Below are positions 10,936 to 20,000 of a DNA stretch of 20,000 nt, piece after piece (the first letter of the stretch is position 1; the number at the start of each line of letters is the position of its first letter). The notes beneath the pieces were generated by a model. The model was not told the origin of the DNA, did no database searches, and saw only the letters and a program-made list of their open reading frames with translations. Location of the stretch: positions 52,694 through 72,693 of the forward strand of contig MU006023.1 in assembly GCA_010093745.1 (NCBI GenBank). Direction: 5' to 3'. Both the position numbers and the translations under genes were made by a program. The DNA comes from Piedraia hortae CBS 480.64 (lineage: Eukaryota).

Positions 10936-11676
10936 ATGACTGACGCAAGACCACGAATTCTTTGCCTTCATGGCGGCGGCGTCACGGGAGAGATTTTCTC
11001 CAAACAAGCCCGTACGTTGATCAAGAATCTCCCAGACTTCAGGCTTGTGTTTGCGGATGGGCCCTTTTTCTGCGATGCCGGCCCAGGAATCTTGCCTGTA
11101 TATGCCGATTATGGCCCATATCGGCGCTGGCTGCGTTGGCTTCAAGAACACCCAGCTGTTGACGATGAAAGCACGATCGAAGAGCTTGATTACTCCATTT
11201 CCACGGCGAAGAACCAAGATGAAGGAACAGGTCCGTGGGTAGGCTTGCTCGGGTTTTCTCAGGGTGCCAAGTTGGCTGCCAGTTTATTGTATGATCAACA
11301 GATCCATGTTGAGAAGGAGGGCCGTGCCGACACAGATTACCGCTTCGCCGTCTTGTTAGCAGGACGTAGTCCTTTGGTGTCATTGTCCAAATACTCCGAG
11401 TCCGACGCTTGCGTACGGGCTGGTGCTGTCTCTGAGGGATTTGATTATCAAGGGGTCTCGCCTCACATAGTCAAGCTGCCTACAATCCACGTTCACGGAC
11501 TCAAGGATGCTGGGTTGCATCTTCATCGTCGCTTGATGAATCAGTATCACGACCCCGCCAGCACCACACTCATAGAATGGGAAGGCGACCATCGCGTGCC
11601 AATCAAGAAGGCAGACGTTGAGCCCATTGTCGAAGCCATCTATCGAATTGCCAGACAGCAAGGGGTAGATGTTTAG
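10936..11676 (+). CDS. FSH1/DUF341-family serine hydrolase (CtnB/CitA/LovG-like esterase), 246 aa, intronless
   Basis: N-terminal ILCLHGGG, nucleophile elbow GLLGFSQGA, LPTIHVHGLKD (Asp) and WEGDHRVP (His): a complete Ser-Asp-His triad. Confidence 0.9.
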   Translation: MTDARPRILCLHGGGVTGEIFSKQARTLIKNLPDFRLVFADGPFFCDAGPGILPVYADYGPYRRWLRWLQEHPAVDDESTIEELDYSISTAKNQDEGTGPWVGLLGFSQGAKLAASLLYDQQIHVEKEGRADTDYRFAVLLAGRSPLVSLSKYSESDACVRAGAVSEGFDYQGVSPHIVKLPTIHVHGLKDAGLHLHRRLMNQYHDPASTTLIEWEGDHRVPIKKADVEPIVEAIYRIARQQGVDV

Positions 11677-11898
11677 GAGGGTGCGTGTTGACGATATGTG
11701 TAATCAGGTGCCAAAAATAGATTTACCCGCAACTTCAGAATTCAATCTTGTTTGTGCGTGGGCAACTTGACCAGATTTTATCGTTCTAGTTTACCTGTGC
11801 ATGTCATAGACGCTTGGCAGGCATCTGCCAAATGACAGCACACGCGTCAACAAATTTCAGTCTCTTCCAGATTCAAGGCCAGCTGTTTGAAGTGCGCC

Positions 11899-12501
11899 AT
11901 GGCTACCACCGCTGTCGCTGATACTACATGTATTGCACCCGGCATCCGCAAAGCTCTGCTGACAGGTGGCAGTATTGCTCAAAGAAGTCATCGCAAATCT
12001 GTACATCCTGGTCAACAACGCGCATGGATACCAAGACGAGCAAACAAAAGAAAACATCGCCAACGAAATGTGTGTTGATGACCCGATGAGGAGCACAACT
12101 GATGGTGTGCAGCAAGCGATTGGTTAGCAATCTCATTGATCTTTGCCAGACATCTCAGCGCTTGCCCACTTATATTCCCCTTGACATCATTGAGTAAGTA
12201 CAAAATGGATTCCGCACTGAGCAAAAGTGCTAATTCACCGCCAGATATGTTGAGAGAAGCCGCAATCCGGACATCTATACCCGAGAGTTTGTGGTAAGTA
12301 TTTTGTATGCAATGATTTCAGCCATTGGGTAACTTATTCCTGCAGGAGCTGATTATGCGGTACAACCAAGAGCTCAAGGGCCGAACAGACGCCTTTGCAT
12401 CCTTCCGCGATGTGCTGGGCAGAGAGATGTACAGTGCCATTCCCGAGATTCAGACAGAGGTCAGGAACATTGTTGAAGCTGCGGGTGGCTCGTTGCGCTA
12501 G
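11899..12501 (+). CDS. MED10: Mediator of RNA polymerase II transcription subunit 10 (Med10/Nut2), 5 exons, 137 aa
   Basis: Exons 11899-11929, 11973-12069, 12113-12193, 12245-12293, 12346-12501 (414 nt); GT-AG introns of 43/43/51/52 nt. Spliced product contains IPLDIIEYVERSRNPDIYTREFVELIMRYNQELKGRTDAFASFRDVL, the Med10 signature. Not represented in the ORF track. Confidence 0.92.
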
Positions 12502-12620
12502 TATGAGGTCAGAAATACCTACAGTAAAGTCTACGTAATGTGTACGAGGGCTCAATAATGACAGATTCCGTGCTCTAAGGGACATTTTGTGTGCGTGAAG
12601 TCAGCTTTGCCATGCGGCTA

Positions 12621-12665
12621 GTAAACATATGACGTCATAGTGGAACCTTGTCGCGTCGCGTCAAC
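12621..12665 (+). promoter_or_regulatory. Compact ERG24 upstream element cluster: forkhead-like GTAAACA, CRE palindrome TATGACGTCATA, CGCGTCGCGTC
   Basis: GTAAACA at 12621-12627; perfect 12-bp palindrome at 12628-12639 containing TGACGTCA; tandem CGCGT at 12652-12661. All lie in the 194-bp MED10-ERG24 gap. Confidence 0.4.
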
Positions 12666-12695
12666 TTCATCCGCATCCGCGTTCGCATCTGCAAA

Positions 12696-14297
12696 ATGTC
12701 GACGAGGAAGACTGTTGCGAGGTCAGTCTCTACGCGCTCACGACCAAAAGTAGGCGAAGCTCATGGATACGAATTCGGTGGCCCGTAGGTGCTCATCTTG
12801 TCATCTTGCAGTTTTTCTAACCACGACTCGTAGTATTGGCGCCGCCCTCATCTCCTTTGGACTTCCTCTTGTGTGCTACGCATTTACCTTTCTCTGCAAC
12901 GATGTATCGGGATGTCCTGCGCCTTCACTGCGTTTCCCTTTGCGCTTATTCTCTAGCACCATCTCCCAGTCTCCCTTGGAGCATGCGTTGCAGACGTTGA
13001 AGAGCGAAACTGGATGGCCCGGGTTTTGCGGGCTGATTAATGCGCCAGCGTTCTTGGGCTCTGTAGCCTGGTACGTCCTGAGCTTACTGCTGTGGGCTTT
13101 CTTGCCGGCAAAGGAGGTCCGGGGCGTGAAGCTGCAGACAGGTGGCCGTCTCCGGTACCGATTTAATGGTTTGTGACGGCAAATATATGCTCTATAAAAG
13201 TTCTAAGCGCTAATGGATGCATAGCCTTCCTTTCCGCTACCGTCATACTGGCGGCTTGTGCTGCGGGAACCTGGGTCCAGGGATCCTCTTTTCCTCTGTG
13301 GACTTTTATCCAACGTAACTACCTGCAGCTGCTCACCAGCAACATCGTCATCTCTTACTTGCTGGCCACCTACGTCTATGTTCGTTCCTTCTCTGTTACG
13401 CCTGACAACGACGAGAAGCGCGAACTTGCGGCTGGAGGCCACAGCGGGAACGTTATCTATGACTGGTTCATAGGGCGTGAGCTTAATCCCCGTGTGAAAA
13501 TTCCCGGTTTCGATGCCAAAGTTGACATCAAGAGCTTCATGGAGCTCCGTCCCGGCATGCTCGGATGGATCATTCTTGACTTTGCCTTCATGGCCAAGCA
13601 GTACCACTCGTACGGCTACGTGAGCGATTCGATGATCTTGGTGACATTAACGCAAGCCATCTATGTGCTAGATGCCTTGTGCATGGAGCCAGCCATTCTC
13701 ACAACAATGGACATTACCACTGATGGCTTTGGCTTCATGCTCGCCTTTGGCGACCTCGTGTGGGTGCCATTTGTTTACAGCTTGCAGGCGCGTTATCTTA
13801 GCGTCCACCCCGTTATGCTCGGCCCCAAAATTGCCCTTGGCATCGTGGCCGTACAACTTATCGGGTACTACATCTTCCGCGCTTCGAACAGCCAGAAGAA
13901 TACTTTCCGCACAAACCCGCACGATCCTTCGGTCGCCCATCTGACTTATATGGAGACTCGGGCTGGCAGCAAGTTACTGACTTCTGGATGGTGGGGAGCC
14001 GCTCGTCATATCAACTATCTTGGGGACTGGATAATGTCGTGGGCATATTGCCTTCCGACGTTGCTTGCTGGTTACAAGATCCGGGACAGCATCCTTCACC
14101 CCGGGACCCGTCTTGTGAGCACAGATGGAATGGTGGGCACTGCCATTCCTATTACGTACTTCTACCTCCTGTATTTCGCCATTCTTCTGATTCACCGGGA
14201 GCACCGAGATGAGGAGAAATGCAGGCGAAAATATGGAAAGGACTGGGACGACTACTGCCGCCATGTACCATGGAGAATTATACCTTGCGTTTATTGA
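12696..14297 (+). CDS. ERG24: Delta(14)-sterol reductase (C-14 sterol reductase, ERG4/ERG24 family), 3 exons, 498 aa
   Basis: Exons 12696-12784, 12834-13168, 13225-14297; introns of 49 and 56 nt. Motifs: HGYEFGGPIGA, GNVIYDWFIGRELNPR, DIKSFMELRPG, TTMDITTDGFGFMLAFGDLVWVPF, LLTSGWWGAARHINYLGD, HREHRDEEKCRRKYGKDW, VPWRIIP. Confidence 0.95.
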
Positions 14298-17140
14298 GAT
14301 TGCGTGGACCTTGCTCGCTGCCTTCGGTATCCAAGAATAGCTTTAATATGATTGGCTTCCAGTAACCAGGTACTTGACCGGTTCTGTCTGGTGTGGCTAA
14401 CCGCGTGTTTACAGGCTGGTCAGGTATGCTCGATGGCATACCACCGAGAGTTTTCTCCTTCGATGTCCTTGCGGTAACCCAGGATCTCTCAATTCTGGGT
14501 TGATCACAACGACGAGAGGTGGCATCTTATCCTATCACTTCACAGTGGGACTTCCAATCTCCTCCTTCATGACACCTTTTGACATACGCAGTCACCTCTG
14601 TTCGTCCATGTTGCTACTTGCACCATGTGACGTCATTTGGGCCTTAAGGCGCATTCCGTCTATCAAGGCCTTGTTGAAGTTCACTGGCGTACGTCGGATG
14701 GCGGAGAAAACGTGGCGAGTCACATCAGTACCAGCTCTTTGGTTCCAATCCCTCAATCATGTCGAAAGAGGGAAGCTACAGGCCAAGAAGGAGCGGACTG
14801 TACTGCCACAATACAATTCCTTGGGACCTTGGTGTCCCGTAAACCCGGTCACACCCCATTTTATAGCCAACCCAATATGTGAACGACATGATCGCCACTA
14901 TCGGACTGAGTTATGTTAATGTTTCACTTTACAATGTCACAAATCGACAAGAGCAGAATCATGTCTTGACCTCGTTGAAGGCACGTGCTTTTGTTGGACG
15001 GATTCCTATGTGGCATTTCGCAATGTTACCAGAAATTCAGGTTTTCTTTACATTTGCTAACAACAGATCGTATCGAGTCTAACCAGGTTCAACCAACCTA
15101 CTGGGTCATTAGGAAGGGTTCTCGAGTGGATAATTTTCTGCACATGCTACACTCAAAGGACAACGCATTGTTCGTTGACCAAAGCTCACACTGTCTGTGT
15201 AGATGAAATGCCCCAGTCTTCCGCAACAGCAGAGGTAGCTCTCACAGACCAGTTAATTGCGACTCGATAGACTGGCTTAATCGGTTTCTGCGCCTAGCCT
15301 GCTTCTCGGTGTGTACTTATGAAGGTCAAGATTCTTTGTCTCTGAGGATTGGATGTGGAAGTGAGCTAGGAGGTCTAAGAATGGCCGGACAAATGCCATA
15401 TCGGCCCACTATACTGTGGTTGACGTTTAGCTCCGCGCAGACTATGGGTCTAGACTCTCCAACCCCGGAGGATTGCGCATGGAAGTGCAATGAAATTCGA
15501 GAAAGGGCCAGACCGACGCCGCCATGAACCCCCCACGCTTAGACAGACGACTTTGCGCGCTCTGGTCCTGTAGGCCTAGGCTTCGCCGTGTCTGAGGACT
15601 GCATGGAGCCACGCTAGAAGACCAAGGGAAGGCCAGGCAAACGCCTCATTGAATTGATAAGGCAAAAGCGACAACGTGAAATGCAGGGATACTGCCATCC
15701 AGGCCATGCAATACTTGAAAAATATGCATGGAAGAAGGTCAGAAGGCTCGACGAAGGCCAGAACAACGCCTCTATGAGTTACGGTGCCGATACACGGGGC
15801 CACAGCAACAAACGTTTATTTGAAAGAAAACGCTCATGGCTAGCCCCACGTTCATTGAGTTCGAACCCATAACGTTGTGAAGGTACCGTTCTAGCATGTT
15901 ATTCTTTTCACGCAAAATTTGCCCAATACGTTGCAAATGATTGCTAATAATGCTGAGCAGCCACCATCAATCTTGAAAGGGATGTGAGCAAAAGCAATTC
16001 AATCTTGTTGTACTTCGTAGCAGATGTCGAAAGGCTTCATCAGACACACGTGATCAATTTGTATATCGTATGGCCAACTCTGACCGAATTGTTTGTCTTC
16101 AACTACAGGTTCAACCGTTGGTCCAGGCATTTGGTCCCATTGGTTAGCGGCAATGGCCACGTAGAATGTCAGATTTGGCTAAACGAAATTCGCAGCAACC
16201 ATTGTTCGATGCACAATCACCAGCTAGTTACTCCGAGCACCGACTTTGAGATTCCCCGACCTCCTATCGCAAGGTAGGAATTGCCGTGGAATGATGCTGC
16301 TTGCCATCATTGGACATAAATCACACCTCGGCGGTTTCCTCCCACATCCCGGACAATCCATCAAAGATCATCCATCGGAAATCGCACCAAAAGATGTAAA
16401 ATTGATAACGCAAGATCCCCAATCGGCGACTCAAGATCTCGCATCGACCAAGGACACCTACAAACAATTAATAAGACAGGTGCCATAACGTGGCATTGAA
16501 CGCCATAGTCTCGTTACCAACATTGGTGTGAAGTTTCACAGCTTCAGGTTGCAATTTTTCCCACCGTCACGCCGTTTTTGAGTTGAGCGAGCATTTTGTA
16601 CACATCAAAAGGAGGAGCAATTGCAAAGGTTTGATTGGTTGTCAAATGTTGTAAGGGGCAGTATCAAGAATTAATCAAGTAGAACGATTATCGTTAAATC
16701 CTTGTCAGTGTTGGGTCTAGCGATAAACCGTTCGTGCACGAGCTCTGTCTGGTTCGAGCAAGATTCGTGTAGCCCCTCCTCTGAGGAATATGGCCTTTCA
16801 AGGGAAGTGATATCAGCTATTACCCAATTAATGACAGGAGAGTGCCCAGGAAGAGCGTGTTGTCAGCGCACATTGTGCGGACACAAGATCAGAGACAGCT
16901 GCAATGACTCGACCCTGTCGAGAAAGCTGTCGTTTCGAGTCACGTGTAAAGTGGGGATGTGCAAGGGCGACGCTTGGCGCGGATCAAGTGTGGAAGGCCG
17001 TGACTGCCTCTTTCACAATTTCCCCACCCTTTTCTCCTCCTCACCTCACCTCACCCACCGCCCATGCTTCTTCCCTCGATAGTTTCCTCGTCACACTCTC
17101 CGATTCCGACTCCCGACTTCCCACACCACATCCACCCAAC

Positions 17141-17188
17141 GTAAGCGCCCACATCCAGACATGTTGACAGGCCTCTGCTGACCTTCAG
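17141..17188 (+). other. Putative 5'-UTR intron of the KH-domain gene (48 nt)
   Basis: GTAAGC donor at 17141, GCTGAC branch site, CTTCAG acceptor ending at 17188. It lies within a CT-rich leader (about 17010-17240) upstream of ATG 17242, and its size matches the other introns. Confidence 0.6.
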
Positions 17189-17241
17189 GTAGCTTCCGCT
17201 TCTCTCCCTGTCGTGACAGCTATCACCTGTAGTCCTCCATC

Positions 17242-18358
17242 ATGTCCACGGAAGACGTGCACGCGGATGACTCGCACATTGAAGGAGTTACGGAGCATCT
17301 CAACAACCTCAACGTCGAAGATGGCCCCCGCAGTGATGACGACTATGGCCAGGCGCAGTTGACGCTGCGTGCCATCGTGACATCCAAGGAGGCTGGCGTT
17401 ATCATTGGTAAAGGCGGCCAGAACGTGGCAGATGTGCGGGACAAGACTGGCGTCCGCGCTGGCGTTAGCAAAGTTGTGCCGGGCGTGCAGGAGCGAGTTC
17501 TGGCTGTTTCCGGGACTCTTGACGCCGTTGCGGAGGCCTACGGGCTGCTGGCTGACGGTTTGGTCAAGGGAGCCCCAGCCGTTGGCATGGGAGGCATTGT
17601 TGCGAACCCTAACACGCATCGTAGGTCTTGCATTACCCGCAGACTGCTATCGGTACTGACTAAGAACAGCAATCCGTCTCCTCATCTCTCACAACCAGAT
17701 GGGCACCATTATTGGTCGTCAGGGGCTCAAGATCAAGCAGATCCAGGATGCGTCGGGCGTGCGCATGGTTGCCCAAAAGGAAATGTTGCCGCAGTCGACT
17801 GAACGCATCGTCGAAGTTCAAGGCACCCCAGGAGGAGTGCAGAAGGCTGTCTGGGAGATTGGCAAGTGTTTGATTGATGATCACGAGCGTGGTCTCGGTA
17901 CCGTTCTCTACAATCCGACTCCGCGACCTCAGGGCGGCCTTGCTGGAATCGTTAATGACGGCTTCGGCTCTCCACGTGGATACAATCGCACCGGAAATGG
18001 CGCGGACTTTACCGGCATGCCGGCCCCGTTCCCGGCTCGTCGTCATACGGTCGGCGATGCCGGTCCACCACCTCCACCGGCTGTTGAAGAGGGCGAGGAA
18101 ATTCAGACGCAGAACATCAGTATTCCCTCTGATATGGTTGGATGCATCATTGGACGTGGCGGCAGCAAGATTAGCGAGATTCGCAAGAGCTCTGGTGCTC
18201 GCATCTCGATTGCCAAGGCCCCGCACGACGAGACGGGAGAACGCATGTTTACCATTACGGGTGGCCCTACTGCCAACGAAAGGGCTCTTTATCTTCTGTA
18301 TGAGAACTTGGAAGCAGAAAAGATGCGCCGCAGTTCGGTTCCGGAAACGACTGCATAG
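17242..18358 (+). CDS. Triple KH-domain RNA-binding protein (hnRNP K/PCBP-like; Rnc1/Pbp2/Hek2 family), 2 coding exons, 355 aa
   Basis: Exons 17242-17620 and 17670-18358; 49-nt intron gtaggt...ctgac...aacag. Three KH GxxG loops: GVIIGKGG, GTIIGRQG, GCIIGRGG. The splice restores NTHPIRLLISHNQMGTIIG. Confidence 0.93.
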
Positions 18359-18797
18359 AGGGGCTTCTGAGCAAGATTTTCGGGCATTGTGTCGAAGCAT
18401 CCTCTTCAGCAGGTCCCTTTGAACCGATTATTAGCCCGCGAGCCTCTTCCATTTCCTTGTCTCCACATTTTAACGACTTCACGACACAATCCCCGCCGCA
18501 CTCATACCACACACATTCACCGACTATTGGCACCCCCAGGGCTGTGCTGCCCGCTGCCTGACAGTGCCTGGACAAAAAAGATTACTGGGAAAGCAAATTG
18601 CAGCAACTGCTGGTAATGGGATATAGATTGTGGTGTTTGCAGCCCAGACTCAGCATGGCGTTATACCCATATGTATTGTAGTGTAGCGAATACATGTTGT
18701 GTGGTTTTGCGGACCCATCCCTGTGGCGCTAACATGACAATGTGCAGGCGAAAAAAATGAAGTGTGCGCATCTCACCGATGGTTCTTCAGCTAGTCC

Positions 18798-18803
18798 AAA
18801 AAA
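18798..18803 (-). terminator. RNA polymerase III oligo-dT terminator (T6) of the tRNA-Gly gene
   Basis: aaaaaa on plus at 18798-18803, i.e. TTTTTT on minus, 8 nt after the tRNA discriminator base. Confidence 0.75.
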
Positions 18804-18811
18804 TATTTGAG

Positions 18812-18882
18812 TGCATCGGCCGGGAATCGAACCCGGGTCGGTCCGATGGCAACGGACCATTATACCACTAAACCACCAATGC
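18812..18882 (-). tRNA. tRNA-Gly (anticodon GCC), intronless, 71 nt
   Basis: Minus strand GCATTGGTGGTTTAGTGGTATAATGGTCCGTTGCCATCGGACCGACCCGGGTTCGATTCCCGGCCGATGCA. Acceptor stem GCATTGG/CCGATGC, anticodon arm GTCCG-TTGCCAT-CGGAC, T arm CCGGG-TTCGATT-CCCGG; TATATA about 30 bp upstream. Confidence 0.97.
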
Positions 18883-18985
18883 CACCTACATTAGTTTAAG
18901 AGCTGTCACTAAATATATACTTCTTGCAACTATCCAATAGGTAAAAAACATCAGTCGATGCGTGCCACTCATCACAACCACATAA

Positions 18986-19805
18986 ATGTACCAACCAACA
19001 AATAACCACTAATATCTACCCACTAACCCATCATACCCGAAGAATCCTCCCGCCCATCAACGACCTCCTCCACCTCATCAACCCTCACCAACGCAAACAC
19101 CTCAACAGGACCACCGTGCACAAACTAGACATTTACCTCCTCCCCTTTACCTCCTCCCCTTCTTCTCGCCCCTATTTCTCCTCAACAGCCTCGACAAGAC
19201 CAACATCAGGAATGCCGAAACGAGGGGATTCACACATAAAACTGGCCTCACGTCGATGTCGTCTTCATAGCGTTTTTTAGGGGTTTTTTTTTTGTTTTCT
19301 TCCAGCCCTTCTGGACGGCGGTGGGGAGGAGAACTGGGATGACGGTTTGGGTTCCACTTTGTATGGCGCTATGGGGGTGGGACGGGGTTGCATGTTTTTG
19401 TGGAGGGGATGGGGGGAGTTGGTTGCTTCGAGGGGGATAATTGCGGTGCTTGAGGCGGGGTTTTATCCGACCACCGTGGCGTATCTGGGGGGGTTTTTAT
19501 GGGAGATATGAGTTTGGGGTTAGGGTGGGTGTTTTTATGGTATGATTGCGTTTGCGAGGGTTGTTGGGCGGGGTCGGGTGGAGGGTTATGGAGTTGTTGG
19601 GGGGAGATGGGGGACCGGCTGCGCCTGAGGATGGGTTGAAGGGTTGGAGGGGGTGGTGGGAGGTGTTTTTTTTTTGGGGAGGGGATTGTGACGGTTTGTG
19701 TTGCGTTGGTGGGGTTTGTGTGGTTGCCTAAGGATGCGAAGAGTGCGTGGTTCGTAACTGGGCATGAGCGTACCTGGGCGGAGAGGAGGATTGAGTTGGA
19801 TAGGG
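18986..19805 (+). pseudogene. Frameshifted, apparently truncated MFS transporter relic (anion:cation symporter / Dal5-Tna1-like family), N-terminal half only
   Basis: Fragments in the family's order across shifting frames: LNRTTVHKLDIYLLPF (from 19101), LFLLNSLDKTNIRNAETRGF, FVFFQPFWTAVGRRTGMTVWVPLCMALWG, RGIIAVLEAGFYPTTVAYL (EAG at 19452), FYGRYEFGVRVGVF, GEGIVTVCVALVGFVWLPKDAKSAWFVTGHERTWAERRIELDR. The start at ATG 18986 is tentative. Confidence 0.8.
19132..19159 (+). repeat. 14-bp tandem duplication (TTTACCTCCTCCCC x2) that frameshifts the MFS relic
   Basis: Identical copies at 19132-19145 and 19146-19159. Removing one copy joins KLDIYLLP to FFSPLFLLNSLDKTN in frame. Confidence 0.85.
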
Positions 19806-20000
19806 GGGGTGATGGCATGGGGAGGTTTGGGGGACACTTGCAAGCAAGTCAGCTATACCCCTACACTACCGGCTGCACCCTAGGCTTTTTTCTCACAGAG
19901 GTTTTTGTTGTGAATATGCGGTATATTACGCGCATTATTAGTAACCGTCGCTCGGCTCTCGACTTCACGCGTCAACTAGTTTTCCGTAGAGATTTGTATG

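Noticed and set aside
11814..11831. Inverted repeat TTGGCAG-gcat-CTGCCAA upstream of MED10
   Set aside because: A 7-bp stem can occur by chance in 20 kb; no known fungal element assigned and no U-tract.
14300..17000. ORFs of 67-139 aa in the 2.9-kb ERG24-KH intergenic region; minus-strand TATAAAA near 14860; second TGACGTCA at 14628-14635
   Set aside because: No recognisable domains or spliceable gene model could be built; no terminal repeats or transposase/RT motifs.
17185..18575. Long antisense ORFs (144, 246 and 102 aa) over the KH gene
   Set aside because: Expected from the GC-rich codon usage of the sense gene; no independent protein features.
19516..19526. GGGGTTAGGG telomere-like hexamer
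   Set aside because: Single copy within G-rich sequence, coinciding with the G-V-R codons of the MFS relic.
19369..19843. 149-aa and 85-aa proline-rich minus-strand ORFs
   Set aside because: Artefacts of the G-rich plus strand; the real coding signal is the MFS relic on the opposite strand.

Overview
Eukaryotic DNA from a filamentous ascomycete (Pezizomycotina), with very short GT-AG introns of 43-56 nt, mostly with CTRAY-type branch sites. Hand-spliced gene models, in order: a 5-exon Zn-dependent alcohol dehydrogenase (+, 3493-4751) with a 1-nt frameshift in codon 6-7; a convergent 4-exon DH-PH RhoGEF (-, 7797-5125) with a 14-bp minisatellite just after its stop; an intronless FSH1/CtnB-like serine hydrolase (10936-11676); a 5-exon Mediator subunit MED10/NUT2 gene that the ORF track misses (11899-12501); ERG24 sterol C-14 reductase (12696-14297); a triple-KH RNA-binding protein (17242-18358); and tRNA-Gly(GCC) on the minus strand (18812-18882). 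The apparently low-complexity stretch at 19.0-19.8 kb hides a decayed Dal5/Tna1-type MFS transporter gene with an abrupt C-rich to G-rich strand-skew switch. There are also probable decayed ORFs of unknown family at about 9.1-10.4 kb and 0.3-0.9 kb. I see no mobile element, CRISPR array or biosynthetic core gene, and I cannot support a clearly new multi-gene system. The best leads are the skewed MFS relic beside the tRNA, the ADH frameshift, a recurrent CGCGTCAAC promoter motif and a possible pair of abutting 5'-UTR introns. All family assignments come from motif recognition by eye; no database search was run.
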